From Podarcis melisellensis (Eukaryota), in NCBI GenBank assembly GCA_964234715.1, contig OZ174279.1: a stretch of 64,000 nt of DNA, one strand, 5' to 3'. A program made the position numbers and the translations under genes. Under the pieces are notes generated by a model. It was not told the origin of the DNA. It was given only the letters and a program-made list of their open reading frames with translations, and did no database searches. This document shows positions 37,497 through 50,700 of this stretch, piece after piece; positions within the stretch are counted from its first letter, which is position 1; the number at the start of each line of letters is the position of its first letter.

Positions 37497-38379
37497 ACTG
37501 TAGATGTGAAGGTTGAGAGGAACACAAAAAAGAACAATAAAAATAATCAACTCTTCCCCACCCCTAGTGTGAAGGAAACAACAGAGATGATCTTTGGGAA
37601 GGGCAGTGCCCACATCCCCCCCATGCAAAGGAACTGCATTCACTATGACTGGGCAAGTCATGATAAACAGATACCTACAACAGGTGTCACTTTTGCCCCA
37701 CTGAGGCCCCAGAACCTGCATGATAGGGAGAGCCAACACACAAATTGTCCCAAGAAATGCAGAGCCATGGGGAAGCTCCTCAAAAGCATCTCCTCCTTTT
37801 GCAAACAACAACAACAACTGCAGCCACCTGGGAGTCAGGGTGGGGAAACATCCCCTGTAACCCTATGCCATATATACCAAAAGGCATGCAGACAGTCTGT
37901 GCTAATTAATCTGGCCTAATAATTTATTTTATACACCCACAATTGCAAGCACATATTAAAATATATATCCATAAACATGCATCAAAGGCACAGAGAGACT
38001 CCATTCTTGTAATCCTCTTTAGCTAATCTAGCAGGATAGGTCCAGGGTGACAAGGGACAAGCAGCCCACATTAAGTGATACTCAAAATACAGAATCCAAG
38101 AATGTGGGGTGCATCTGCGACACGAGAGGAACACGTTTAGGTGGAGAGAGGAATGACCAGATCATATTCTGCAACTTATTTGATACTGGCAATGTCACTA
38201 CCTGGGTCTCTCCGGGTGAATCAAAAGGGGCAAAACAGGACAGCATGGGATACTCCGGCCTGCTAGCTCAGTACTTGGGAGGCAGGCAAAATGTCTTCCT
38301 CCAGACAAGGAGGTTAAAATGACCAGCCTCTTCTCTCTTCCCCCGAGGGGCTGCTGCGCCATGGCAGGCAGAAATCCAG

Positions 38380-39040
38380 CAGGTGAAGCGCTCTCTATCA
38401 GATCCTCCCAGCGCCGGGTAAGCTTCATCTGCTGCACTTCCGCACATCGCGGCACAGCAGCCCCTTCCCGGAAAAGAAAAGAAAAACGGGAATTCAGCCC
38501 TTGACGAGCTAAACCCAGGAGGCTCCGGCGGAACAAGCGCTCCGCTTGCGGGGCAGCCACAGAGCTCCGCCGGAGGAGGAGGAGGAGGCGCCGCCGGCTC
38601 GTCCCACCTACCTCTACACAAGCGGCCCACAAGCCCTACGGCCCCAAATAGGGCGAAAGGGCGGAGCCTCCCCTTCCACGTCCAACCTCGACCTCACCCG
38701 TCTCGCCAACACCGCCGCGGCCGCCGACACTTCCTGGGCAGAAGGACCCGGCTGTGCCTCAGCTCCGCTGCGCAGCGCACGTTTCGGGGAAGCGGCGACC
38801 TGACCCGCCCACCTGAGGCAGCCGGCCAATCAGAAGCGCGGGAAGCGGCCGCCGCCGCGCGCGTCCTCTGCTGGAAAAGCTGCAGCTCCTATTGGGCAAG
38901 AGCCTCCCACCGCCAGCCTATGGGAGCCTTCGTACTTCTTATTCGTCGCGGGCCGCTTTTTATAAGCTCAGTGATTCGTCCCTTCCCCGTCTCTGAACCG
39001 CTTTTTCCGCCAGTCGTTCTGCCCACACTGATTGGCACTG
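38380..39040 (-). promoter_or_regulatory. CpG island / ZFYVE27 promoter with probable non-coding exon 1
   Basis: Dense CpG; CCAAT/ATTGG at ~38826, ~38891 and ~39031; minus-strand donor CGG|GTGAGG ending a putative exon at 38698. Confidence 0.75.
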
Positions 39041-40022
39041 ACTTTCTAGGATTTGAGGCAGGGAGCTTTGCCCAGCCCTACCTTGAGATGCCAGGGACTG
39101 AACCTGTCTTTCTGCATGCATCCACTGAGCTACGGCCCTTCTGTAATTTGACCCGCCTTGGATGCTATGCACTTTGACCTGGGTGTGCGGGTCAATTGCT
39201 GTTCCACCTCAGACAGCAAAATGTCTTGGGCTGACCTGAATCTTCCCAGAGGAACTCGCTGAAGTCCAGAAACTAGCACTAACCAGCCCTGAAGTCTCAA
39301 AAGAGCTTCAGTAGCTCATAATATTCACTGAAGGTTATGGTATCCCAGGGAGCCTATGGCATGGCTTTGTACATGCTCCTGGGAGATGGTGACAGGGTGT
39401 GATTTTTGTGGTCATACTTGTGGGGCACAAAGCAGGCTTCAGTGGTCCAAGACATGGCCGTAGACAGGATTATGAAGCTAAAAGCAAAGATCTGCACCAG
39501 CAAAAGAATGGAAATGGATTAAACACTTGTAAAATTGGGTAGCCTCAAGCCAGCTATTAAGGACCTGCAGGAGCAGTACCATACACCAAAAAGAAACCTG
39601 ATTAATTCTGTGCATAAAGCTGCTGCTAAAATACTTTGACAATACATCCCATCCATTCTTTTTTATCAAGTGAAATAAGTGGCTACCTTGAATAAAAACT
39701 AATGCAACATATGTATGGAGTCCTATGAAATTTCATTCAGGCAAATTCTTCAGGCTGGTTATTACTCTTTATCTTCTAATTTTATATGTACACAAATTCT
39801 ATAAAGTTGCATATAATGGTCCCATTCATATATTATGCTTTAGGTGCAAAACGGGGACAAAAGGAACTCAAATTAATGCTCATTCTCAACTGCAATTTCA
39901 CTCAAAACCCACAAGGTGGCTGTCCAGATCCGATAACTGATCTCTGCTAAGATGACAACAACAGGAATAGGCAGCTGCTCGCACCTCAGTGGGATTCTGC
40001 TTCTGCAAAAATAACCTATGTA

Positions 40023-40248
40023 CAGTGGTACCTCAGGTTAAGTACTTAATTCGTTCCGGAGGTCCATACTTAACCTGAAACTGTTCTTAACCTGAAGCAC
40101 CACTTTAGCTAATGGTGCCTCCCGCTGCTGCTGCGCCGCCGGAGCATGATTTCTGTTCTCATCCTGAAGCAAAGTTCTTAACCTGAAGCACTATTTCTGG
40201 GTTAGCAGAGTCTGTAACCTGAAGCGTATGTAACCTGAGGTACCACTG
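40023..40248. mobile_element. Tc1/mariner MITE with TA TSD
   Basis: TA|CAGTGGTACCTCAGGTTA ... TAACCTGAGGTACCACTG|TA, perfect 18-bp TIRs. Confidence 0.92.
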
Positions 40249-40323
40249 TACAACTTTGAGCTGAGAGCATCTGAAACTACCTAAGAATACACTGCCTCCC
40301 TCAAGTTATTTCTTTACAATGCG

Positions 40324-40351
40324 CTCTCTCTCTCTCTCTCTCTCTCACTCA

Positions 40352-40384
<33 letters not shown>
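40324..40384. repeat. Compound (CT)n-(CA)n microsatellite
   Basis: Directly visible. Confidence 0.95.
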
Positions 40385-40387
<3 letters not shown>

Positions 40388-42329
40388 TGCCAGTCTGCTA
40401 CTGCTTTTTCCCCACAGTGCTTTTTGGTTTTGTATTCACTGTGTGCATTTATCCAACATGGCTCTACTATTAAACTAGAGGCAGACATTTATGAGCATGT
40501 GTTACTGCATGATTACATTACACAAGTACAGAAATGGCTTTGACTGTAGAATTTAGCATCTTGGGGAGCACAATGGCCATTGTAAAAAGGACATTTTAGA
40601 CTTGAAGTTCACAAAGTAGGCTAGAAAACAAGTCTGGTGAAATCTCAGAAGGATTTCCAGTGGTTTGGGGTGGGGCTTCTCAGGCTTCCTACTGCAACTA
40701 GAAGAGAAGCAAAATATGCCTGCACCACAAATTTAAAGCTGGTTTCACTTTTTTGTATAGAACCTAGGAACTCCTGTTCTTTGAAGGAACTGGTTCTAAG
40801 CACTTTACATTTGCAGTATGAATATGTTTTGTCACAGTTGAACTAAAGTGCTGTGTGGCTAAGGAATGTTATTGATCTGAAGCAAACTTGTTGCTTTGTG
40901 TGGAAAATGTTCTTGCTGTCTAGCAACAAGAACTGATCAGCACAGGCACAAGTTTTGAAGTGCTTGGAAAAGGAGCTGGATCTGGGCTTTAGCCAGTTGG
41001 CACTACCCATAGGTAGGTAGGTGGCAGCTCTTGGAAGAACAAGCTTGGTGTATAATGGGTGTCAGAATCAGGGATTGGATTGCCAGCTTACCTTGTAACA
41101 TAGCCAGTTTTCAGTAGCAGTGGGTGTGTTTACCATAGAAGAGCATCACACTAATGCTGCCAGGTTTGGTAGATTAGTTAGTTTAACTTATAAAAATGCA
41201 GTAATCAGTTAAAATGTGCCCCTGATTAATTGGGTAGCATTTTTTTAAATGAAAGAAATAAACTCATTGTGGTTATTTGTACTAATGTTACATATAATAC
41301 CGGGGGTGGCATGCACTATCTTAGAAGATGCAATAAAATGTAAAACTAAACAATAAAAACCATTTTAACAAGTTAACAAGAGACAAAAGTTAACCTTTGT
41401 TGAAAGGTGTATTATTAATTGCCTGCATAGGCCTGGGAGAATAAAAAAAAATCAGCAGGCATTTAAAAGTTGGCACTTAAAAGTTGAGATACTTCGTCCA
41501 GGGTTTGAACTTACACATGAGAAACCCATGTTGTTTGGGAGTCGTGCTATGGTTCCCAAACAAAACACCATGAGTCCTGGCTTCTCCTCCTCCAACTATG
41601 CTATCCAGAGTGTTCTGATGATTCTCTAGGTGGGAGCAATTTGCTGTCTGTGAGACTGAAATCCCTTTTCCTGGGGCGCCTGTGGGTTCTCAATGCATGC
41701 TTCCTACTGAATTGACCAGGGAACTGGCTGACTGTTGGGATCGGAATGTCAGCGTTTCCATGTCTGGGCCTGTCTGTTTGCCTAGCAAAAGACGGGTTAC
41801 TGTGAGTAGGATGCAAACTGCTCTCTGGGGGGGGGAAGTCTGAAGCTTGTGGCTGTATGTATTTGTCTCTACACTCCTCTTAATTGTGCCACAGTACCTG
41901 ATGAGGTAGCAGCGACCTAGTGGACGACTAAGGTGTTGTACAGTATAAGTAGTGAGAGTGTACAATGATTAGGGCAATGCCATGAAATTGTTCTGCCATT
42001 GTCATGTGTTGATTGGTGCCTTCCATGTGTGAGTAATGTGAGGCATTGGTGCACAATGCTGTGATTGATGAATTGCTGTTGCTGTGCTACCTTTGGTTTC
42101 TGTTTTGTGTTACTCTTTGTGTTACTGTTTTGTTTTCTGCTTTGCTACTGGGAGTAAAGAGGATTGTGGATACAACCTTGGTGGCTGACAATTGAGTGAT
42201 TTCTTTAATAAGGCTGTTACCCTGACTGCAACCTCTTGTTCCAGTGTTCACATTATTTTATTCAGAGAATGACTTTGACTCCAGAAACCTGATCTCTAAG
42301 GCTCTCTAAAGCATCTCTAAGGCTCACTA

Positions 42330-42573
42330 CACCAGTGTGGTGTAGTGGTTAAGAGCGGTAGTCTCATAATCTGGTGAACTGGGTTCGCGTCTCCGCTCCT
42401 CCACATGCAGCTGCTGGGTGACCTTGGGCTAGTCACACTTCTCTGAGGTCTCTCAGTCCCACTCACCTCACAGAGTGTTTGTTGTGGGGGAGGAAGGGAA
42501 AGGAGAATGTTAGCCACTTTGAGACTGCTGAAGGGGAGTGAAAGGCAGGATATCAAATCCAAACTCTTCTTCC
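42330..42573 (+). mobile_element. tRNA-derived SINE (Squam2-like)
   Basis: A box tggtgtagtggttaagagc, B box gggttcgcgtctcc, core gggtgaccttgggctagtcac, tail aaactcttcttc. Confidence 0.75.
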
Positions 42574-45500
42574 AAAAACAATTGTAGACACCGCTCCAAA
42601 AATTGATCCAATAAACAGCCAACACCTTTCCTGCCTTATACCCCTTCACCTCTCAGTGTTTCCCTCTATCTACCCCCAAAAGGGATGCAATGACCTCTTG
42701 AGTATCAAACAGCTGAGGGAGATACAGTGCCCTGTATTTAGGACTACTCATTCTCTGTCTGTTTTGACTCGCAGGCTGCCCTGCTTCTCTATTCTCAAAT
42801 TCAAAAATTCCCCATTCTTCTTTAAACTGGCTGGCAGGTAATCAGCAGAGTCATTACGGGTTTGTGGATTCCTGGAAGGGCCAGGATTTAAACCTCATAT
42901 TGGCTCATAACCAGCTTGTGCTTGTTTTGAGATGATGAGGGGTCTTACATCATGGACTTCTGCCGCTGCAGCAACATAGACTGTTGTGATTCAGAGAACT
43001 CCCTATATAGAGAGCACCTTTTGCCATACATGATGGCTGACTGTGAAGTGGATAGATAATCCAAACCAGGGCTGCTGTTCCATTATCTGCTTGTCCAGTC
43101 TCATATCCCAATATAGCAACTGGAGTATGGAACCAAATAATGCTCCAATGTGGCTCCAGTAAGCTGCTCCTCTCTGTGACAGACAGCAGAGCCAGACCAG
43201 AGTCTGGTGATGCAATCCCTCGGAAATTCTACCAGAGTGCTGGAGCCTCTCGCTGATTGACAGCTAGCCACAGAGTCAGCTAGCCACAGAGGGGAGAGGA
43301 GCAGCACTTTGGAGGGAGAATAAAAGGAGCAGTTTCTGAGGGAGAGAGTTAGACAGGGCTTGATTTGAGATGAGAGATAAGGCTTGATTTGAGTTGAGAG
43401 ATAGGGTTCAGATTGAGTGGGAGATAGGGAGTGAGATAGGGATTCCAAACTTCCGCCTACTTAAAATAAATCATTTCAAGAGTAATGAATGCCCTGCATT
43501 TGTAGGAAACCACATACTTTATCAACCCTTTAGATCAAGGCTGGAGAATCTGTGGCTGTTGCTGAACTACCAAGCTATCAACCCTGACCATCAGCCATAC
43601 TTTGGCTGGCACTGATGGGACACAAGTCCAACAACATCTGTCCACACACCCCTGCTTTAGATACATAGAATAACCTTCCATGTTCATGACTGGCTAACAG
43701 CCAGGGCCCTGATACTGTACCTATAACTTACATATTATGTGACCGTTTCATATTCAAAAGGTCCCTGACGTCATCTTGATAGATGACGATAGCACAGCAT
43801 CAATGGAATAATTGCCCTTTGCTTGCTTAAAATGGAGTAACAGAGATAACAAAATCAATATCTCTGAGTAAATTAGTAGCAAGAGAGTTGTGAAATACAC
43901 TGCAGCACATCTCCAGGTTTGCTCTGACCGCTTACTTAAAACACACACACACATAGCTGGGTTGGTGACAATTAAATTGGTATCTTGTGGTGCCTGGAAC
44001 ACACAGTCAAAGGGCAGGGCATGTGATAGGTGTAAGGTTGAGTGAGCAAGGATCAGCAGTGAGAAGTAAAAAGGGTCTGGCCCAGGAGAAAAACCTACAA
44101 CCTTCAAATCCAGAGAGAGAGTATAGGAAAAGGGGGAAGATACAGGGGATCTTTTCTATTCTGGTGCTGCAGGGAGCCATAAAATAGGTGATGGATATCA
44201 CAGTTATGCTTTGTTTATGAATGTCCCTATGGTATTCATTAGCCACTTTTGTCAGATTGAATGCTGAGCTAGATAAAGCATTGGTCTCACTATTTTGGAG
44301 AAAAATACACACCATAAATTTAGGTTTGTGTAATTAAAGGGACCTGGCACAACAAATTCACTTAAAAAAAACAAAACTTCTATGGCTGGGAAAGCAACAG
44401 GAAAATGCATTAAAAAGTGTGAGATGATGACTGATGAGAAGACATATAGGGTGTTATTTAAGTGTTACTCAGAGTAGACCCAATAAAAATAATGAACATG
44501 GAAAAGTAGGTCCATTAATTCCAATGGGTCTACTCTGCATAAAACTTCATTGAATACCATACATAATTTCCATGCAACCAAAACAGATAGGATGCTCATT
44601 GTCGTGACCTTCCTACAAACAAATTTGGAAATGTATAACCTCTGTGTAATCTCTGTACAAGCAAATAAATGTTCAGTAAATACCCTTGGCAAAGTACAAT
44701 AATGAAGATGAAAACAGCTGGGGAGCAAGGTTTTTATTACATGTAGAAGAGAAGGAAGAAAGTCAGGAATGTCCAGAGTTTGGAATCCAATTTTTTTTGG
44801 AAACTCCCACGGTCCACTCTAAGATATGATTTCTTAAGCATGGTTGAAGTGGGCTTCCTCATTTGGTGTTGGAATAGGGTCCATTTATCACAGGGAAAAG
44901 AGGCTCCAACAAGAATGATCCTATTCCTACCATTTGAAAAAAGGTAGGGATATATAGGCACATTAGATGTAGCATCTTAGCAAAAGATAGCTGTGGTAGC
45001 TGCTCTGGGAGTTTAGCACAATTAGACAAACAGTAAAAGTCAAAGGGGTGCAGGGGTCTCTTATCCAAAGCACTTCTATATTTCAGAGGCAGAAATCCAG
45101 CGGTGGTGAAATCCAATGTGTGACAATCCGTGAGTGTGATGAAGCCTTCAGTTTACATGGTAGCAACTGGGGGTTGATCCTAGTTCCAAGGTTTGTATGG
45201 TGAGTGCTGTCACATTCTTATATTTCATGTAAAGTCATGAGACATGCGGGAGTAGTACCCGACAGCACTGGATCCTGTTTCCCTGCTAGGCACGGGGAAT
45301 TCGGGCACTCTGCACCCTGACCCTGTTAGAAGTCTTCCATGTGATGTAACTGTTTCTCTTCACAGTTGCCATAGGAATATTTTCCTCCCCTTTTCTGGCC
45401 CAGAGCCAGCTTTTGCAGTAATTACATTTCCTCCACGGTCGACCATTCAGCTGCAGTGCCTGTCTGCAAATTTCTACCCTGGGGTTCTCTTTCAATTCTT

Positions 45501-47122
45501 TCTCCCATCCAGGGTAGGATTTATCTTGATGTTTCATGCAGAATAAAATATGCCTCCTTCTCTGGAATATGATGGGAGCAGGAGGATACAGACCCTGCCA
45601 TAAAAGGGGCTAAGAACAGTCTGGAATCTGGTAGCTCGCTCTCTCACACACACACTATTAGTCTTCTTCAGCAGGAACCTGAATTTGGGTATCTTTAGGA
45701 AGTCTTTGCAGATCACAGAACTATGGTAATATCCAAGTACTTGCCTCCTAAAGATACCAAATATCAAGGTTTGGCCCCAACCTCATATAGAGCCACACTG
45801 GGTAGATTCACATCTGTGATCCACCTGGATTCCAATCCTGGCCTCAGATGATGACCAGCACCTCACTCCAATTTCTGTGAGAGAGCCCTGCTCTCTGGCC
45901 TCTTTTGTTCCATCACTACATAACCTGTTGCAGACTCTCCAATGTTTCCTATTATTTATGACCAATTGGTTTGTGGGGTGGCTTGCTCAAATATGAGGCA
46001 ATGGCTCAAGAAGATTTCAAGGAACTGAAGCACTAATTAATTCAGGAAGTTACAAGAGTGACATTTATGGGCACAGTGTGTGTAATTTGAGCTAGGGATT
46101 GCCAGGCCTCAGAAATGGACTAATGAGCTAAGCTCTGGATCCCATTGTTGGTGTCAGTATTTAGCTTACATATCTAATAGTAAGAACAAAGAAACTTCAT
46201 CTGAGCAAAAGCAAGGAGAATGTGCCTCTTGCTTTAATCAGCAAAGCCAATGCCCCACATTTAGGAAATACAGGTTAGGAAGTGCAAATATCCAAAAGAC
46301 ATGAGCCTCAACACATCCATTTTTAAAAAGTAAAAACTGGTTACTGGAGTTATGCTGTGCTATAAATGTCACAATGACCACATCAGGGTCATATCTAAAA
46401 TAAAAAAGTTACTAAGAACCATCATTTATAAATATCTGATTAAAAACAGAATGCTATGGAGGAAGAAAAGAATGCAATGGAAGCTTTTGGGGGTGGTTCC
46501 TAAGCTTATGCTTATATAACTTCTGAAATGGGATAATATTAATAATATACCAACAGAGCACCCTAAAGGGTGGATATTCAGTATTACTAAACATTAATTA
46601 AATGTGAGAGGATGAGATCTTATGTATATGGCATAAAAACATATGAACAAACACTACAAACTAAATTAAATCTGCTCCTATAAGGATTATGAATAACACT
46701 GAATGATCAAGGGCTTCCAGGGCATCTTATGTCAACCACATATTCTGGAATCATAGACCAGGCCAAACCTTTCTAGACCCACAGAGACCCACCTGCCAAG
46801 GGAAAGAAGAAAAGAAACAGGGAAACCCACAATCTGGCTCCCACGTTTAATCTGAAGGATACACCATTTCTAGCTTCTGGGTCATGAAAGCATGCATCCA
46901 TCTGTTGATGAAGGGTATAGAGCATCCATCAGTACCATGGACATAGGGGATTACTCCCCCTCTCCCAATAAAGTCTACTGAAGTTTTTTCTCTCCATCAG
47001 GAAGGCAACGATGAATCTGGAACAAGGAGCAGTCTGTGGGGACTGTATGTGTACAAGGCTTGTCCGTCTGGTTGAAGAAGGGTCTGTCCATCCCTGCCCA
47101 TCAGCCTACCTCCTTGCATCTC

Positions 47123-47647
47123 TCAGATATCCTTGTGCCCCTGGAAATGTCGTACCAGGCAGTAGAGTCCTGAAATTAGGTAAAAGAAGGCAGTGATACC
47201 TGCAAAGACGGCAGCAGTCAGGTAGGCTTTGTAACTGCAGGGCCATTTGTAGTCTGGCAGGTTGCAGTAGCTGAAACTCCGTGCCTTCTGGCTCAGGATG
47301 CCTGCAGCAGCTGCAGAAAGAATAACCCCAAGCAACAGATCGTGCATTAGGTTCGTCATAAGCCAGCGGGTTCCCAGCACCGGCACCAGAGACCAGCGGC
47401 CCAGCAGGCTGAGCCCAAAGAGCGCCAAGGTGAGCAACCACAGCAGGACCGCCGCAAAGACTGCAAAGTAGGTGGCTCCTTCATACTTGTGCGCTGCTAA
47501 AGTCACCCAGCAGACAGCCCCCGTCAGCAGCTGGGCAATGCGCAGCACTCCCAGCAGACTTCTCAAGAAGGGCCTGTTCAGACTCAGAGTCTCTCTCGAC
47601 TGCGGGCAAGGCGGTGGAGGGGAGGACGGAGGTGGTGGAAGAGCCAT
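47123..47647 (-). CDS. MARVELD1: MARVEL domain-containing protein 1 (174 aa, single coding exon)
   Basis: Pro-rich N-terminus, then RPFLRSLLGVLRIAQLL...LVPVLGTRWLM.N..HD...SYCNL.DY..PC.Y.A.L.AAV; four hydrophobic segments; syntenic position. Confidence 0.95.
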   Translation of the reverse strand: MALPPPPSSPPPPCPQSRETLSLNRPFLRSLLGVLRIAQLLTGAVCWVTLAAHKYEGATYFAVFAAVLLWLLTLALFGLSLLGRWSLVPVLGTRWLMTNLMHDLLLGVILSAAAAGILSQKARSFSYCNLPDYKWPCSYKAYLTAAVFAGITAFFYLISGLYCLVRHFQGHKDI

Positions 47648-49417
47648 GCTGCAAGACTGCGGCCTCCAGGCGCTTCTGTCCCGTCCAGTTCTGCCTTCTG
47701 GAGCCCAGCAAACTTCACCCCCCTCTCAGGCACTTCCTCTGTCTGCAGCTGCCAAACATCTGCAGCTCAATGGACTTTCCTGTGCAGGGGCCTCTCAGCT
47801 TCCCGGCTCTGTCCCTCCCTGTTCCCCCCTTGCCCCTCCTCTTCTCTGGGTGGTTCTCTTTCTCCATCCTTCTGCTAACTCCTCACTCCTCTCTCCTTCA
47901 CGCCCCTGCAGTCCCAAGCCGAGAGCTCTCAAAACACCCAGTAAAGCTGGCTGCTTTAGCATCACAGTTTCCTCAGCTACACACTATGTACTGCTTCAGC
48001 CAACAGTTCTTCCTAAGCACAAAGGTTGCCTCAGCATGTGGGCCCTGCGGGCACAGAGTTTTGCCTCTCCCTTGCAGGAGATGGGTTTGGGCACATTGGC
48101 TGCATAGGCATCGTGCATTTAAAGCACACCATACATTTAAAGCACATTTCCTGCCCCCCCATAAGGTGATTGGGAACTATAGTTTGCCCCTCACAGAGCT
48201 ACAATTCTCAGGATCTTTACTTCCCATTCTCAGCCACAGTTCCCAGGATTCAGAAGGGGGTAAAGTGCTTGAAGTGTATGGCAGGTACACAGCCTCAAAA
48301 CTCTGCATTGTATTGACCCTCCTGGTAGCCCAGGTCCTGGCCAGCACCACTAGATGGTGCAAACAAACTCCAGCCTGCTCTCATCTTGGATGTCAGAACT
48401 CAGGTCAATTTTCTTTCTATGTTCTAAAGAGGCAGAGGAGACCAGGAAAAAAACAGTAGTATTTCTTTCCACACTCCTGATTTAACTTGTGAATATAAAA
48501 ATAAAAAACTTAAGAGGCTTTAAATGGATAAGTTGTTTCCTTATCTGGAAACAACTTACAGGCCTGTGCCTGTAAACTTCACTCTTTGTCTTTAGAGACC
48601 TGGCTTTATTTTAAAACTGCTGTGAGCTGCCCAGAGGACAGGATGAATAGGTGACCAAGATATGTCGTACATGAATGAATCAGTAAGTCAAGACCTCTCC
48701 TAAACAGGTTCAAACCAGCTTGTCCTCTAGCAGGGTTGAATGTTCCAAAAGGAAGGTTGTCAACTCGCATACAAAGGATCCATTCTTTAAATCACTCTAA
48801 TTTTGATCTTAGTGGGTCTCTTGACTTTCATTAAGGAGCTGCAGACAATAATTTCTGTGTGACATGCAGGATTTTAAGTTTCACGGCACCACTTCTCACA
48901 TGGTATTCTCCAGAAAAAAGTTTACATTGCACTTAATTATTTGTTTTTTAAAAAAATTCATTTAAGTATGTCTTTTTCCACTATTGCACATTTGGAAGCT
49001 CTTGCTTGTGCTGACGCATTCTTCAGCTTGGATCTGCAGCAAGATACACACTTGTGCAATTTTCCCATGTGACATTGTATCCTGAGTGGATGCGACTGTC
49101 CCTGGAAAGGGGTGCAGAGGTCTAAATGAAAACAGGGCATTCCCTTAACCCTGATCCCTTTTTTCTCTATGATAAGTTTGCAAAATTACATCTCAGTGTG
49201 CGTCTTCTTGGGGATCAAAGGGCAAGTCAAATCCCATGGCATCTTTCTACATACTTCCCAGAGAACACGGCGGCAAAAATTCATGCCTGAGGGTTCTGGC
49301 TTCCTGGCACGCAGCAGGAGCTGGCTGTGGAGCCCGCGCCTTCCCTCCACGTCGACCCTTAGCACGTGTCTGGCTGCGACTACTTTGCGTGGCTCAGTAG
49401 AGCGGAATAGGCACGTT

Positions 49418-49537
49418 GAAGGGCGTAGCCGGGGGGGGGCAGGGAGGAGCAGCTCTCCCCCCCATCAATAAAAATACCTAACTAACTTAGGTTCTACCCA
49501 CACCCACCCTCCAACAAAAATCCTGGCAACGCCCATG
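49418..49537. mobile_element. hAT (Tip100-like) MITE at the edge of the AVPI1/MARVELD1 CpG region
   Basis: Imperfect TIRs gaagggcgtagcc / ggcaacgcccatg; flanks GGCACGTT and GGCACGCT. Confidence 0.7.
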
Positions 49538-49559
49538 GGCACGCTCCAAACCCTTTCTC

Positions 49560-50700
49560 GCCTGCTGCCTTGCCAGACAGGCCCGTAATTGCCCAGACAG
49601 GCAAAGGCGAGCAGGTTGCCGAAGTGGTCTGAGAAGCCAGACGTTACGGGGTCAGGCTAGCGATCCTTTCCAGCAGCAATTCCTATTTTTCAGGTTGCTG
49701 TCAGGGAGGCCGATCGTACTTCGCTCCCCTGCGGACCTCCACTCCCTGCCCTGCCAGAACCAGATACTCCGTCCTGACCCTTCATTTGCAAAGAGAGAAT
49801 TCGGCGCGAGCCACTGAAGGAAAACAAGCAGAAAATAAAGTGGGGCTGGGGAGAGGATAGGATGAAGATTAAGCCTCCACGCCGGTGACATGGCACGATC
49901 GGGTTTCTCAGAGGGCCAATTAACTCTTTGCTGGAATTAGGTTCAGCCTAAGGAAAGGCAGACGCCTCTGTGCCTGTGGACAAAACACACAAACACACCC
50001 CGCCGTCCCTGTCAGTCAACCACAGCAGGAAAAAGCAACGCCCCTCTTTCTCCTTGCAGGCTAACGCCCTTCCCAGTGACGTCAAGAACGCCGCCTGCCA
50101 CGCGTTACCAGCAGGGACTGCGGAGCCCCGCCTCCTCCCCACCCGATTGGCTGCCTTGGTTATCTTCGGAGTTCGGATTTAGAACCTTGGAGTTAAGAGG
50201 CAGATGAAGCCGATTGGCTGAGATGCAGGTTGCCTGCGCTCTTCAATGGACAAAGGAATCTTCGCCGCGTGAGCCTGCGAATGACGGGAATCGGCTTGGG
50301 GAGAGGCAAGGCGAGAGCAGGGGAACCGCCCGCCCTGGCGGGTCTCCAGGAGCCTTCGAGAGACCCGTGGCCTCAAGGACGACAGCAGCCGCCAGGTCTG
50401 TGACTTACCTGTCCGAGGAGCCCGAATCCACTCAGGTCTGGGCATGGGCCTCGATCTGTTGCTGTAAAATGCCAGATTCCCCCGAGTGGGGGAAGGGACG
50501 TGGTTCCTCGCTCGGCTGGAGAGGGAACAATCCTTGCCAGTATCTCGGGGCAGCACAAACCAGAATAATTTTTTTGCTGGGCTCCTTTTTGTTCCCTTGA
50601 CATCATGCTTTTGCTCGAAGAAGTTCAGAACGACTTCGTGGGGAAGGTTAGATGGACAGTGTAACTTGCCCTAGATCTCCCAGGGCCCCGCGTGAATTAT
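49560..50700. promoter_or_regulatory. CpG-rich promoter region of AVPI1, head-to-head with MARVELD1
   Basis: Palindromic CRE TGACGTCA at 50077-50084, GC box at ~50125-50135, two CCGATTGGCTG CCAAT boxes (~50146 and ~50213). Confidence 0.75.

Noticed and set aside
37497-37817. Upstream part of the 186-aa ORF before the protrudin ATG
   Set aside because: Intronic; an acceptor lies 1 nt before the ATG at 37496 and homology starts there.
43766-43773. Isolated TGACGTCA CRE palindrome
   Set aside because: Not in a CpG island or near an evident TSS; one chance occurrence in 64 kb is plausible.
47472-48459. 211-aa and 281-aa plus-strand ORFs
   Set aside because: Antisense to MARVELD1 and its pyrimidine-rich leader, running into a MITE-like repeat; no homology recognised.
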